From positions 12,698 through 44,697 of the forward strand of contig NZ_SNUY01000028.1 in assembly GCF_004376175.1 (NCBI RefSeq): a DNA stretch of 32,000 nucleotides, read 5' to 3'. Shown here one piece after another: positions 1-8,937 of the stretch. The notes under the pieces are model-generated. The model searched no databases and had not been told where the DNA came from. It saw nothing but the letters and a program-made list of their open reading frames with translations. The position numbers were made by a program, and so were the translations under genes. The stretch is from Halalkalibacterium halodurans. GTDB lineage: Bacteria > Bacillota > Bacilli > Bacillales > Bacillaceae_D. The stretch's first letter is position 1. Each line of letters begins with the position of its first letter.

Positions 1-372
1 ATAAGCCGTGCCCACATACTGCGCACCTGCCTGATGAAACGTCGCTAAGTGCCGGCCAATGTCCTCGTCTGTTTGCAGCATTCCAAATCGTTCATATTCA
101 TAGGGAATTTGAAATAGGTAGACATCTTGCCCGTCAATTTTAGCGTGTAACGGTCCAGTTTTTGCCTTAATTAATTTTAGTACTGTTCCATCACCAGCCC
201 GTTGTAAGTACTCCCCCATCTCCAATATGGCGGCCTCTTCATCAGGCTCAATCTGCTCCCGGGGCACAAGTAAATACGGCTGACCCTGTGCATAAAACCC
301 TTGAAACCGCCCCGTTCGAAAACGTGAATCACAATAAAGCTGAAATGAGTCATACACGTTTCGTTCAAACAT
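1..372 (-). CDS. yutH: YutH-like spore coat protein (CotS/kinase-like family), N-terminal 124 codons; gene continues past window edge
   Basis: The frame is open from the window edge to the ATG at 372..370. It is absent from the ORF track because no stop lies inside the window. GAGGGAG SD 7 nt upstream. Translation MFERNVYDSFQLYCDSRF...DIGRHLATFHQAGAQYVGTAY. Divergent from yutG as in B. subtilis. Confidence 0.7.
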   Translation of the reverse strand, partial: MFERNVYDSFQLYCDSRFRTGRFQGFYAQGQPYLLVPREQIEPDEEAAILEMGEYLQRAGDGTVLKLIKAKTGPLHAKIDGQDVYLFQIPYEYERFGMLQTDEDIGRHLATFHQAGAQYVGTAY

Positions 373-501
373 GGAATCACTCCCTCACGTACCAGTTCAT
401 AACATAGTCTATGACCCATTCGCATAAAAAGTGTTCTTCGCTCGTAGACTAAACAAAGCAAAGAGCTTGACCAATTCGTTAAGCAATGGAGAGGTGACAG
501 A

Positions 502-1011
502 ATGAAACGTGATAACGTGGTTGAACGCAAAGCCCTGGAATGGTTAAAGCAGCGCGGGGTAACGGTTGATGATATTGCTGAATTAGTTCATTTTTTACAA
601 GGCCCGTACCACTCTGATTTGAAGTTATCGGTTTGCAAAGAAAATGTAGAGCGTGTCCTGAAAAAGCGAGAAGTGCAAAATGCTATATTAACTGGGATTC
701 AAATTGATGTGCTTGCTGAAAAAAATGCGTTAGAAGAACCGTTAGCCAACATGGTGAGACGAGATGAAGGTCTATACGGAATCGATGAAATCATCGCCCT
801 TTCGATCGTCAACATCTATGGTTCTATCGGGTTTACTAATTATGGTTATATTGACAAACAAAAACCAGGGATTTTGAAAGACCTTAACGACAAATCAAAT
901 GGTCAGTGCCATACTTTTTTAGATGATATTGTAGGTGCAATTGCTGCCGCCGCGTCCAGTCGTTTAGCCCATTCATTCGCTCATGAGGATGAAGACTTTG
1001 ATGATGATTAA
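502..1011 (+). CDS. yutG: YutG, phosphatidylglycerophosphatase A (PgpA)-like protein
   Basis: 169-aa ORF MKRDNVVERKALEWLKQRGVTVDDIAELV...; GGAGAGGTG SD; conserved position next to yutH. Confidence 0.8.
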   Translation: MKRDNVVERKALEWLKQRGVTVDDIAELVHFLQGPYHSDLKLSVCKENVERVLKKREVQNAILTGIQIDVLAEKNALEEPLANMVRRDEGLYGIDEIIALSIVNIYGSIGFTNYGYIDKQKPGILKDLNDKSNGQCHTFLDDIVGAIAAAASSRLAHSFAHEDEDFDDD

Positions 1012-1099
1012 AACGATGATTAGAAAAACGTACCTCACTGCTGCAAGCCTTGGATGATGAAAGCTACCGATTTTAGATAAAGTTGACTTCCAAATAATG

Positions 1100-1140
1100 A
1101 AAAAGGACGAGGGGAAACGATTCCTACTCGTCCTGCTTTT
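1100..1140. terminator. Bidirectional intrinsic terminator between yutG and the kinase remnant
   Basis: AAAA-AGGACGAG(1104..1111)-15 nt loop-CTCGTCCT(1127..1134)-GCTTTT. Confidence 0.6.
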
Positions 1141-1149
1141 ACGAAATGT

Positions 1150-1751
1150 TTAAGACACACGGTCAGTTTCTGAAACATCTTGGCTGTCTAACGGAAAATG
1201 AATCGTGATTTTCGTTCCATTTTGGTGTGACGACTGAACATCAATCGTCCCTTTATGAACGTCCACAATCGCTTTGGCAATGCTCATGCCAAGGCCCGAT
1301 CCATCTGTTTTCTCCTCTGTATTGGTTCTAACAGGAAGAGGTACGGTGTATCATAGGAAGAGTCTAGCTGACGTGTAATAAAATAATCCTTATATTGTTG
1401 CCTTTCTTCGATTTGTAATAATTCAGTGAAGGTATACTTAGATGGCAAATCATCTTCACCGTTCACTGTGTAGATGACCGTTCCCTTTTCATCAAGTATT
1501 TGTAGCCACATATGATGGTTCTCTAGCTCTTGCTCCCAAAGCGAATTAAAGCTGATTTCCCCATCCAAAATGACGGTCTCTGTCACAATCAGATCAAGAG
1601 CACCAACGGTAAAGTTTCGCTTTAACTCTTCTTTCGTTAATATATCTAAAATTAGAAAAATAACGATGCAAAAGGTAATCATGCCGATTAAACAAAAAAC
1701 AATAAATTGAAATGAGAACTGCAAGGCGATGCGCCGCTTGATCGAACTCAT
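1150..1751 (-). pseudogene. Sensor histidine kinase remnant with a large internal deletion; the C-terminal piece is out of frame
   Basis: ORF 1284..1751 encodes only a TM plus extracytoplasmic sensor region (155 aa), and its start overlaps the RR stop (ATGA). A different frame, 1150..~1340, reads ...TNTEEKTDGSGLGMSIAKAIVDVHKGTIDVQSSHQNGTKITIHFPLDSQDVSETDRVS*, i.e. only the G2 box and C-terminus of an HATPase_c domain. HAMP, the HisKA His box and the N/G1 boxes are missing. Confidence 0.75.
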
Positions 1752-2473
1752 GCCTCAGGCTCCTTCACTAGCTTGTAGCCTAGGCCTCGAACCGTTACAA
1801 GATAACGTGGGTGGCTCGGATCGATTTCGATTCTTTCTCGAATTCGTCTAATATGAACCATAACTGTGTTGTCATCGACAAAGCTGTCCATTCCCCAAAC
1901 AGCTTCTAACAATTGCTCCTTCGATAAAAAACGATTTGGATGCTTACAAAAGTAGCATAGCAATAAAAAAACTTGAGCCGGACAAGGGACCTTCCGTCCA
2001 TCAACTAAAAGTTCACCGGCTAATTCGTTCACCGTAAATCGATCAAACGTAAAGATTCCCTTAGTCATCGAGGTTGTAGCCACCTGTTCTTTTGCAACAC
2101 TATTGACCTCTCGCCTTAATCGTGCGTTAATCCGCGCCACAATTTCCAATGGGTTAAATGGCTTCGTTACATAGTCATCAGCGCCAATCGCAAAGCCAGT
2201 CAGCTTGTCTAAATCTGAAACTTTTGCGGTTAAAAATAAAATGTATGCTTGCGTTAACCCTCGAATTTGTGGACAAAGGTCAAATCCGCTCCGAACTGGC
2301 AACATAACATCAAGCAAAATCACGTCCAATGTATAGTTTTTTACGTAATGAAAAGCTTCTTCTGCGTTATATGCAGTATAGATCGTCGAAAACCCTTCCT
2401 TGCGCAAAACGGTTTCGAGCATTTTCACAATCGCCTTTTCATCATCTACAATGAGAATGCTTCGCTCTTCCAT
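1748..2473 (-). CDS. OmpR/PhoB-family response regulator (receiver + winged-helix)
   Basis: MEERSILIVDDEKAIVKMLE...LLDVMLP...LTAK...TKPF...VTVRGLGYKL. ATG at 2473 is preceded by GAGGTGGGG; the 8 extra codons of the track ORF lack an SD. Confidence 0.9.
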   Translation of the reverse strand: MEERSILIVDDEKAIVKMLETVLRKEGFSTIYTAYNAEEAFHYVKNYTLDVILLDVMLPVRSGFDLCPQIRGLTQAYILFLTAKVSDLDKLTGFAIGADDYVTKPFNPLEIVARINARLRREVNSVAKEQVATTSMTKGIFTFDRFTVNELAGELLVDGRKVPCPAQVFLLLCYFCKHPNRFLSKEQLLEAVWGMDSFVDDNTVMVHIRRIRERIEIDPSHPRYLVTVRGLGYKLVKEPEA

Positions 2474-2638
2474 TCTTTCCCCACCTCTATTCCTCATGTT
2501 AGCATAGCTAGCTTAAGAGAACCTTACCAATCTTTCTACGGATGTTAACTCTTTGTAAGGAAGTGTTTCTCTACAATTAAATATCGGACCTTATTCTTAG
2601 AGTTGTAGAAAATTGAATGAGGAAAAGAGGCTATTCAA

Positions 2639-3832
2639 ATGAACGAACGAATTCAAACGATTGATGTACTACGAGGATTATGCTTATTCGGAATCTTACA
2701 AGCAAATTTGCTCATTTTTCAATACGGGATCTGGGGGAAAGATGAAATTTCGCTCTTCTCCTTGTCACCTTTTGACACAATGAGCTATTATGCCGTGAAA
2801 CTTTTTATAGAAGCGAGCTTCATGCCGATTTTTGCCTTTTTATTCGGTTACGGAATGGTGATTATGAGAGAACGGAGCATGGAGCGTGACGGAAAACCGA
2901 AGCGAAAGCTTGCTCGCCGCTTTCTTTTTATCCTTTTTCTAGGCTACCTTCATAGCACCTTCTTATGGGAAGGCGACATATTACTTACTTATGGAATGAT
3001 CTGCTTTATTCTGTTACTGTTTGTCGCTCGAAAAAAGAAGACGATCCTAATCTGGGCGACGATACTCCTTGTTCTCTCCAGCTTGTTCGGCTTAGGAGCT
3101 GAGATCGCAGCGGATAGTGATGAAGAGGTGACTTCTTATATTAAGACGACAAATCACGTCTATCAGACCGGAACATACCTAGACATTAAGGCACATCGAA
3201 ACACTTCTGATCCAGGTGATCTCCTTGATATGCCTAAGGAAGCCTTCCTCTTCATTTCTGTCTTTGCTATCGTGTTAATTACACCTATGTTCTTGTATGG
3301 GATGTATGCGGCAAAACGAAAATGGTTTGTTCATCCGACACAAGAACAGGGTCGCTACAGGAAAGGCCTGCTGTTTATTCCAGTGGGAGTTACATTAAAG
3401 GCATTGCCCCTATTATTTTCAGGAATACCGGTGCTAGGTGTACTCTCTCTCCCTGGATCATATGTATTGGCATTCGGTTATATTTTTCTAATTGCTTATT
3501 GTTTTGCGAAATGGCGCAGCCATCCGTTGTTTAGAGCAGCTGCCAACGTCGGGAAACTATCGTTGACAAATTATTTGCTCCAAACCGTTGTTTGTACATT
3601 TATCTTTTACGGATACGGCCTTGGCTTGTTCAGTCGACTCGGTGTATTCTTTGGAATTTTGCTAGGGATCGTCCTATTCTCCCTTCAATTAATCGGAAGC
3701 ACCTATTATTTGAAGACTAGAAAAAGCGGACCTTTTGAATGGTTGCTACGAGCCTTTACGCATTGGACGCTACCTTGGAAGCTGACAAAGAGAAAAGAAT
3801 CCCAGAACTTGACGCCAAAGCAAAGCGCGTAA
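2639..3832 (+). CDS. DUF418/YeiB-like polytopic membrane protein
   Basis: 397 aa; N-terminal IQTIDVLRGLCLFGILQANL motif and about 10 hydrophobic segments, typical of the DUF418 family. Confidence 0.75.
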   Translation: MNERIQTIDVLRGLCLFGILQANLLIFQYGIWGKDEISLFSLSPFDTMSYYAVKLFIEASFMPIFAFLFGYGMVIMRERSMERDGKPKRKLARRFLFILFLGYLHSTFLWEGDILLTYGMICFILLLFVARKKKTILIWATILLVLSSLFGLGAEIAADSDEEVTSYIKTTNHVYQTGTYLDIKAHRNTSDPGDLLDMPKEAFLFISVFAIVLITPMFLYGMYAAKRKWFVHPTQEQGRYRKGLLFIPVGVTLKALPLLFSGIPVLGVLSLPGSYVLAFGYIFLIAYCFAKWRSHPLFRAAANVGKLSLTNYLLQTVVCTFIFYGYGLGLFSRLGVFFGILLGIVLFSLQLIGSTYYLKTRKSGPFEWLLRAFTHWTLPWKLTKRKESQNLTPKQSA

Positions 3833-3855
3833 GATCGTTTGTGTGCTACCCAGAA

Positions 3856-3890
3856 GAAAAAAGCGAGGGAGTTTCTTCCTCGCTTTTTTC
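3856..3890. terminator. Bidirectional intrinsic terminator (convergent DUF418 gene / yutF)
   Basis: GAAAAAAGCGAGG-9 nt-CCTCGCTTTTTTC perfect 13-bp arms. Confidence 0.8.
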
Positions 3891-4670
3891 TTACTCTTCA
3901 ATGGATCTCTGCCAGTCTGCCAAAGACTCGCACGTATAGGTCGGCTGCGCTTCTTTTTGTTTAAGCGCCTCTTTTGTTGTCACACCTGTATGGACCAGAA
4001 GTGTATCTATTCCTGCATGGATCCCAGCTAAAATATCTGTATCGTAGTTATCACCAATGAGAAGCGTCTCTTCTTTCGTTGTCCCAAGTCGCTTTAACGC
4101 TTCTTCTATTATAATCGGGGACGGTTTTCCTACAACAAACGGCTTCACTCCCGTTGTCGTAGCCACGACAGCAGCTAACGAACCGTTCCCTGGCATTAGC
4201 CCTTTTTCAGTCGGCAATGCCGCATCTCCATTCGTAATAAAAAATTTGGCGCCTTGGCGGACATATGTAGCTGCCTTTGCCAGTTTTTCATAGGAAATCG
4301 CTCGGTCTAGTCCCATAACAACATAATCAGGCTGCTCGTCTTCTGAGACCATCATTCCGCTTTCCTTTAAACTTTCTAACAAGCCTTCTTCACCAATAAC
4401 AAACGCGCGAACGAACTCCTTTGTCCGCGTTAAATAGCTTGCCATTGCCATACTGGACGTAAAGACATGCTCTTTTGTCGCAGGGACATCCATCGACTTA
4501 AGCAAAGTCGCTACAGTTTTAGGAGACTTTGTTGAATTATTTGTAACAAACAAATAAGAAGCTGATTGCTTCTCCAACTGCTTTACGAAGGCCACTGCTT
4601 CTGTGATCACTTCTGACCCTCTGTACATCGTACCATCCAAATCAATCAGAAAGCCGCTGTAACGTTTCAT
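3891..4670 (-). CDS. yutF: YutF, HAD-superfamily NagD-type phosphatase
   Basis: MKRYSGFLIDLDGTMYRG (DxDGT motif) ...FVTNNS...GKP...GDNYDTDILAG...LVHTGVT; near-colinear with B. subtilis YutF. Confidence 0.9.
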   Translation of the reverse strand: MKRYSGFLIDLDGTMYRGSEVITEAVAFVKQLEKQSASYLFVTNNSTKSPKTVATLLKSMDVPATKEHVFTSSMAMASYLTRTKEFVRAFVIGEEGLLESLKESGMMVSEDEQPDYVVMGLDRAISYEKLAKAATYVRQGAKFFITNGDAALPTEKGLMPGNGSLAAVVATTTGVKPFVVGKPSPIIIEEALKRLGTTKEETLLIGDNYDTDILAGIHAGIDTLLVHTGVTTKEALKQKEAQPTYTCESLADWQRSIEE

Positions 4671-4827
4671 CTCACATCATCCCTTTCTTTCTGCTCCCAC
4701 ATTCTTAATGCTTCCTGTTAGGTCGTTTTATCCTTTATCTTAGGAAGTTACAAGGCCTATCAAATCCGAATGACGGTAGAGGGATGAACCAAGGTTAAGT
4801 GTTTTGGTTCACCAATTAAATGCACAT

Positions 4828-4873
4828 AAAAAAGAGGATAGATGAAGCTTTTTCCCCTTGTCCATCTATCCTT
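4828..4873 (-). terminator. Intrinsic terminator after the wHTH regulator
   Basis: Minus strand: AAGGATAGATG-loop-CATCTATCCTC followed by TTTTTTAT. Confidence 0.7.
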
Positions 4874-4910
4874 TCTTCACTTTTATAACCCCGAAAGTAC
4901 CTTACTTCAT

Positions 4911-5558
4911 TTATCCATCAACAGATGGTTTTTTTAACGTATAGCTACAATAGCCCGCTTCATCCTTAGCGGCACAACAGTTATCAACGACCGCTTCCGT
5001 TTGCAATAACTCCTTAAAAAGCTTTTTCTCGCAAGCACAAGCAACTGGATAAGCTTTAGCGACTTGTGAGATTGGACAGTTGTATTCAATAAATTGATAT
5101 GTGTCATCATCAATTTTTTTCCATTCAACCATATAGCCGTTATCGTTTTGAATCTGTGCTAACACCTCTACACGCTCAGAAAATGAACATCCCTTCATTT
5201 GATTGGCATATTCAGCGAGCAGACGCTCTTTCCGTTTCTCAAATAGAACGTGAATCATATCGATTCCAGATAACTCCTCAATATCCTTTAAAAAACCAAG
5301 GGTGAGAGGTAAATAATTACGTGGAAATCGTTCCTCGCCCTTTTCCGTTAACAAATACTTTGTCGTTGGACGACCCATGGCTTGCCTGACGAGCTTTGTT
5401 TGCACAAATCCGTCTTTTTCAAGGGCTTGAATGTGCCGACGAACAGCCATTTCCGTTATTTCAAGCTCCTTGGCCATTTCGCCAACACTCCGCTCCCCGT
5501 GCCGTTTTAGCCCGAGCAAGATTAAATCACGAGTGGAGGTGGTTTCATTACAAAGCAT
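4911..5558 (-). CDS. Winged-helix (ArsR/DeoR-like, COG2345/SufR-like) transcriptional regulator with a Cys-rich C-terminal domain
   Basis: N-terminal wHTH (SVGEMAKELEITEMAVRRHIQALEKDGFV). C-terminal half carries C161-X12-C174-X-C176-X17-C194C195-X8-C204. Confidence 0.7.
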   Translation of the reverse strand: MLCNETTSTRDLILLGLKRHGERSVGEMAKELEITEMAVRRHIQALEKDGFVQTKLVRQAMGRPTTKYLLTEKGEERFPRNYLPLTLGFLKDIEELSGIDMIHVLFEKRKERLLAEYANQMKGCSFSERVEVLAQIQNDNGYMVEWKKIDDDTYQFIEYNCPISQVAKAYPVACACEKKLFKELLQTEAVVDNCCAAKDEAGYCSYTLKKPSVDG

Positions 5559-5613
5559 TTCATCACCATCCTTCCCCTTCTATTGTAAGCCAACTTTGTC
5601 CTGTTGTAAATTT

Positions 5614-6069
5614 TCAAGCATGTTTGTTGTTTTCTGGCAAAAACGCAGAGACGGGTCCAAGCTCTTTCTCCAAATACGTTCGCACACGCTCTGGAAATCG
5701 TTTCACCGCTTCTACATGTTGATCAAACGTTTGTTTAAGATGCTGATGATCGATAGTGGTATAGGCTTGTACGACTAACTTGCGGCAAGCGATAAGTGCT
5801 TTTAGCGATTGGCCGTCTGCTTCATCCACGACGTTTTCGTCGGTCAAAATGTCCACAATATCTTCATAACTTCCAGGGTCCCTCATAATAAACCCATCGA
5901 TCATGCTGTTCCCTACATCAATGACCGATTCAATGACGAGATGGGCGATGCGCTCCAAAGCTAATCGCTCCGTCTCAGACGTCCACTCTGATTGTGAACA
6001 AAAGTGCTGGACAAGCTTTTCCATATGCCTTAACGTTTTTTCAATGGTTTTTCGATCAACAAAGTACAT
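5614..6069 (-). CDS. yutE: YutE, DUF86 family protein
   Basis: MYFVDRKTIEKTLRHMEKL...; AAGGTG SD 6 nt before the ATG at 6069; conserved position. Confidence 0.85.
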   Translation of the reverse strand: MYFVDRKTIEKTLRHMEKLVQHFCSQSEWTSETERLALERIAHLVIESVIDVGNSMIDGFIMRDPGSYEDIVDILTDENVVDEADGQSLKALIACRKLVVQAYTTIDHQHLKQTFDQHVEAVKRFPERVRTYLEKELGPVSAFLPENNKHA

Positions 6070-6269
6070 GCATAACACCTTCTTCGTATGAATTAGTATA
6101 ACACAATGATGAAAACAACAGGAAAAAGAAGAACATAACGAAAAAATATTTCATCTTAAACGTGATTTTTGTTATGATTAAATATGTATATTTTTGTAGT
6201 ATCGTAACGCCTGCAACGGGATTGTATCTCGTGTTTGGCAAAAAAGCAAGCATACTGGAGGAGAATCAT

Positions 6270-7241
6270 TTGGATCGGGAATTAGCATTAGAAATTGTTC
6301 GTGTAACCGAAGCAGCCGCCCTTTCGTCTGCTCAATGGTTAGGACGCGGGAAGAAGAATGAAGCAGATGATGCAGCCACCACAGCGATGCGAACGATGTT
6401 TGATTCAGTTAACTGTAAAGGAACGGTCGTCATTGGTGAAGGGGAGCTAGACGAAGCTCCCATGCTTTATATCGGTGAAGAAGTAGGAAGCGGCCACGGT
6501 CCTGAAGTCGATATTGCCGTTGATCCGTTGGAAGGAACGAATATCGTCGCGAAAGGACATCCAAATGCAATGGCCGTGATCGCCGTCGCCGATAAAGGTA
6601 CATTGCTTCATGCCCCAGATATGTACATGGAAAAAATTGCTGTCGGTCCTAAAGCCGCCGGATTGATTCGCTTGGATGACCCGATTGAAAAAACGATCGA
6701 CATTGTGGCAAAAATGACCAATAAACGTGTTCGCGATGTCACCGTCATTATCCAAGAGCGAGAGCGCCATGACGAATTGATCGAACGGATTCGAAACAAA
6801 GGCGCACGGGTTAAACTTTTTGGTGACGGAGATGTGGGCGCAGCTATTGCAACTGCCCTACCACAAACGGGGATCGATTTGTTTATCGGCACAGGTGGTG
6901 CTCCAGAAGGTGTCATTTCCGCGGCAGCCATTAAAGCACTTGGTGGCGACATGCAAGCACGACTCGTTCCAATGAACGACGAAGAATTTGAACGCTGTAA
7001 ACGAATGGGGCTTGAAGATCCACGTCAAGTACTGAGCTTGGATGATTTAGTCCGCGGAGATGATGCGATTTTTGCTGCCACTGGGGTATCCTCTGGTGAG
7101 CTTTTAGAAGGGGTGCGCTTTCTCGGTGGGGATTTAGTGGAAACAGACTCCATTGTCATGCGAGCAAAAACTCGTACCGTTCGATACATCAAAGCCCACC
7201 ATCGCCTTGATCACAAACCCCATTTAATAATTAACGACTGA
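6270..7241 (+). CDS. glpX: Class II fructose-1,6-bisphosphatase GlpX
   Basis: [41 protein letters not shown]...AVDPLEGT...[12 protein letters not shown] start at 6270 with GGAGGAG SD; the upstream part of track ORF 6162 has no SD and is AT-rich promoter DNA. Confidence 0.9.
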   Translation: MDRELALEIVRVTEAAALSSAQWLGRGKKNEADDAATTAMRTMFDSVNCKGTVVIGEGELDEAPMLYIGEEVGSGHGPEVDIAVDPLEGTNIVAKGHPNAMAVIAVADKGTLLHAPDMYMEKIAVGPKAAGLIRLDDPIEKTIDIVAKMTNKRVRDVTVIIQERERHDELIERIRNKGARVKLFGDGDVGAAIATALPQTGIDLFIGTGGAPEGVISAAAIKALGGDMQARLVPMNDEEFERCKRMGLEDPRQVLSLDDLVRGDDAIFAATGVSSGELLEGVRFLGGDLVETDSIVMRAKTRTVRYIKAHHRLDHKPHLIIND

Positions 7242-7254
7242 GGCTTGGACAAAA

Positions 7255-7314
7255 CTAGCCAAACGCAATAAAAAGGTTCGAATCATTTTGTTTTGATGAT
7301 CCGAACCTTTTTTC
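7255..7314 (+). terminator. glpX intrinsic terminator; one copy of a recurring terminator cassette
   Basis: CTAGCCAAACGCAATA + AAAAGGTTCGAATCAT-TTTGTTTTG-ATGATCCGAACCTTTTTT. Near-identical hairpins at 18459..18507 and 22888..22931; the 16-nt flank also occurs at 22932..22947 (reverse complement). Confidence 0.8.
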
Positions 7315-7407
7315 TGTTAGCACACCTAATCTTTCTTAGGAAACAGGCAATGACTTTCTATAAATATGATAAGCTAAAGGCAGAATGTTCTGAGGAGGAA
7401 ACAACGA

Positions 7408-7674
7408 ATGAGTGAACGCTTTTTTTTATACGATGATACGGAGAAAACAGACACTCGGTTTGTGAGCTTCATGGGGGAGAACCAACGCTTTGATTTAGCG
7501 ATTACTTACACGGAGCGACATTACGGCAAAAAGCTCGTCCTTGATATGCAATCTAATCGATTTGCTATCATTGGCGAAGACGATCTAGCGGAGCCTGGCT
7601 ATTTAGAGCATGTGTACAAGCTTGATGAAGAAACTGCCGCTGAGCTTCGCAGCTTTTTATATGAAGTCATCTGA
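7408..7674 (+). CDS. Small acidic conserved hypothetical protein (88 aa)
   Basis: GAGGAGG SD; MSERFFLYDDTEKTDTRFVSFMGENQRF...; family not assigned with confidence. Confidence 0.65.
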   Translation: MSERFFLYDDTEKTDTRFVSFMGENQRFDLAITYTERHYGKKLVLDMQSNRFAIIGEDDLAEPGYLEHVYKLDEETAAELRSFLYEVI

Positions 7675-7698
7675 TTAAAAATTTTTCTTCATACTAAT

Positions 7699-7725
7699 AA
7701 CAGCCGAACGATTTGTTCGGCTGTT
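7699..7725. terminator. Hairpin between convergent genes (88-aa ORF / yutD)
   Basis: AACAGCCGAAC-GATTT-GTTCGGCTGTT perfect 11-bp stem; the flanking U-tracts are weak. Confidence 0.5.
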
Positions 7726-7732
7726 AAGTATA

Positions 7733-8014
7733 TCAAGATTCCGTTTTTACTCGTTTGACGACAAAATAAGCACATCCGAAATTACAGTACTCGTACAAGT
7801 AATCTTGAAGAGTACTAATTTTTTTATCGTATGTTGATTTCTTATTTTGATCATCGAAGAAGCCACGAAGCCGCAATTGATTGTATCCCCAATCGCCGAC
7901 AATGTAATCATACTTATTGAGCACATCGCTGTATCGCTCAACAAATGCCTCTTCATTCCACCCGTCTTTTACGTTTTCAATCACTTCAAATTGCATGTTT
8001 GAAATGCGAACCAT
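7733..8014 (-). CDS. yutD: YutD (DUF1027)
   Basis: ...GWNEEAFVERYSDVLNKYDYIVGDWGYNQLRLRGFF...EYCNFGCAYFVVKRV, colinear with B. subtilis YutD. Confidence 0.85.
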   Translation of the reverse strand: MVRISNMQFEVIENVKDGWNEEAFVERYSDVLNKYDYIVGDWGYNQLRLRGFFDDQNKKSTYDKKISTLQDYLYEYCNFGCAYFVVKRVKTES

Positions 8015-8190
8015 CCTGGCCCACCTCTCTTACGAAACAGAGACCTTTGCTCTTATTTCTCTTGATTCTAAACACCTATATTGTATCACATTGTTCGGAA
8101 ACGTCCATCCTCTCTTCTTAGAAAATATCCATCTTTTTCAATCAGTAAATCGGTACATGTTGGGTCATTCTTTAAAAAGAGGAGGGAAAG

Positions 8191-8853
8191 ATGATGAAAA
8201 AGCTTATGATTTACGTGATGATTTTTGGGCTGTGCTTCACCGTTGGCTGTCGAGCACCTGAGGTAGGTCAGCCTGAAGTAAACAGCCGCAATTCTTATTA
8301 CAATCAGCAAGTCGATGGAGAAGGTTATAATGTTTTAAACCAAGGCGACCGAACCGATGCAGGACCTTTAGCGCTTGGTTATAGACGGTATGAACGGGTT
8401 CAAGTACATCAAGAAAATGGCCAGCAAACAGTCACTCCTGTCATTGACCGAGATCGTCTGGCCGATGGAATCACTCGTCTCGTATTAACAAACGAGACGG
8501 TTGACGAAGCCGCAACTCTAGTGACTGATGAGCACATCCTTGTGACTTATACGACCAATGCAGACAATCGTGACTATGTGGCCGATCAGGTGAAGCGTAC
8601 GGCTTTATCTGTCGCGCCAAGATATTATGATGTCTACATTTCCGATGACCATGAGCACTTCCAAGACATTGAACGTTTCCAAGGATTACAAAGCAATTCT
8701 CCAAACATCGAAAACACGATTGAGCAAACGATCGAGAAGATGAAACAATCGCCTCAAGGCTGGTATGAAGGCGATAAGGATGACAATATGGACTATATGA
8801 AGAAAAAGCACCAGCGTCTCTTGCAACAAGGTAATTCTCGTAAGAATGATTAA
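8191..8853 (+). CDS. yutC: YutC, sporulation lipoprotein of the YhcN/YlaJ family
   Basis: Lipobox FTVGC after the signal peptide; a YhcN/YlaJ-type core (LVTDEHILVTYTT...VAPRYYDVYISDD); conserved position next to lipA. Confidence 0.8.
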   Translation: MMKKLMIYVMIFGLCFTVGCRAPEVGQPEVNSRNSYYNQQVDGEGYNVLNQGDRTDAGPLALGYRRYERVQVHQENGQQTVTPVIDRDRLADGITRLVLTNETVDEAATLVTDEHILVTYTTNADNRDYVADQVKRTALSVAPRYYDVYISDDHEHFQDIERFQGLQSNSPNIENTIEQTIEKMKQSPQGWYEGDKDDNMDYMKKKHQRLLQQGNSRKND

Positions 8854-8871
8854 CGTAAGCAAAAGGCAGAA

Positions 8872-8904
8872 AAGAGACGGCCAGTAGAGCCGTCTCTTAT
8901 TTTC
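8872..8904. terminator. Bidirectional terminator between yutC and lipA
   Basis: AAGAGACGGC-CAGTAGA-GCCGTCTCTT, T-rich on both sides. Confidence 0.7.
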
Positions 8905-8937
8905 GTGCACCAAATCTAGGCTGTGTATGCCTTCCTG

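Noticed and set aside
177-530. 117-aa ORF on the minus strand
   Set aside because: It is out of frame with the well-supported yutH reading frame that occupies 1..372, runs across the yutH/yutG divergent promoter into the yutG start, and has no SD. The sequence is not protein-like.
2474-2638. Imperfect TTAAGAG / TTCTTAGAG / TTAACTCTT repeats in the RR / DUF418 divergent region as OmpR-type boxes
   Set aside because: The repeats are short, degenerate and irregularly spaced, so I cannot distinguish them from chance in AT-rich DNA.
4671-4827. Two hairpins in the 240-nt region upstream of yutF (TGAACCAAGG...TTGGTTCA; CTTCCT...AGGAAG)
   Set aside because: No match to any riboswitch or leader family I can recognise, and no U-tract terminator. 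They may just be promoter-region structure.
6162-6269. N-terminal extension of the glpX ORF and the overlapping 65-aa minus ORF (6056..6253)
   Set aside because: AT-rich promoter-like DNA with no SD. GlpX homology starts at the TTG at 6270, which has a perfect SD.
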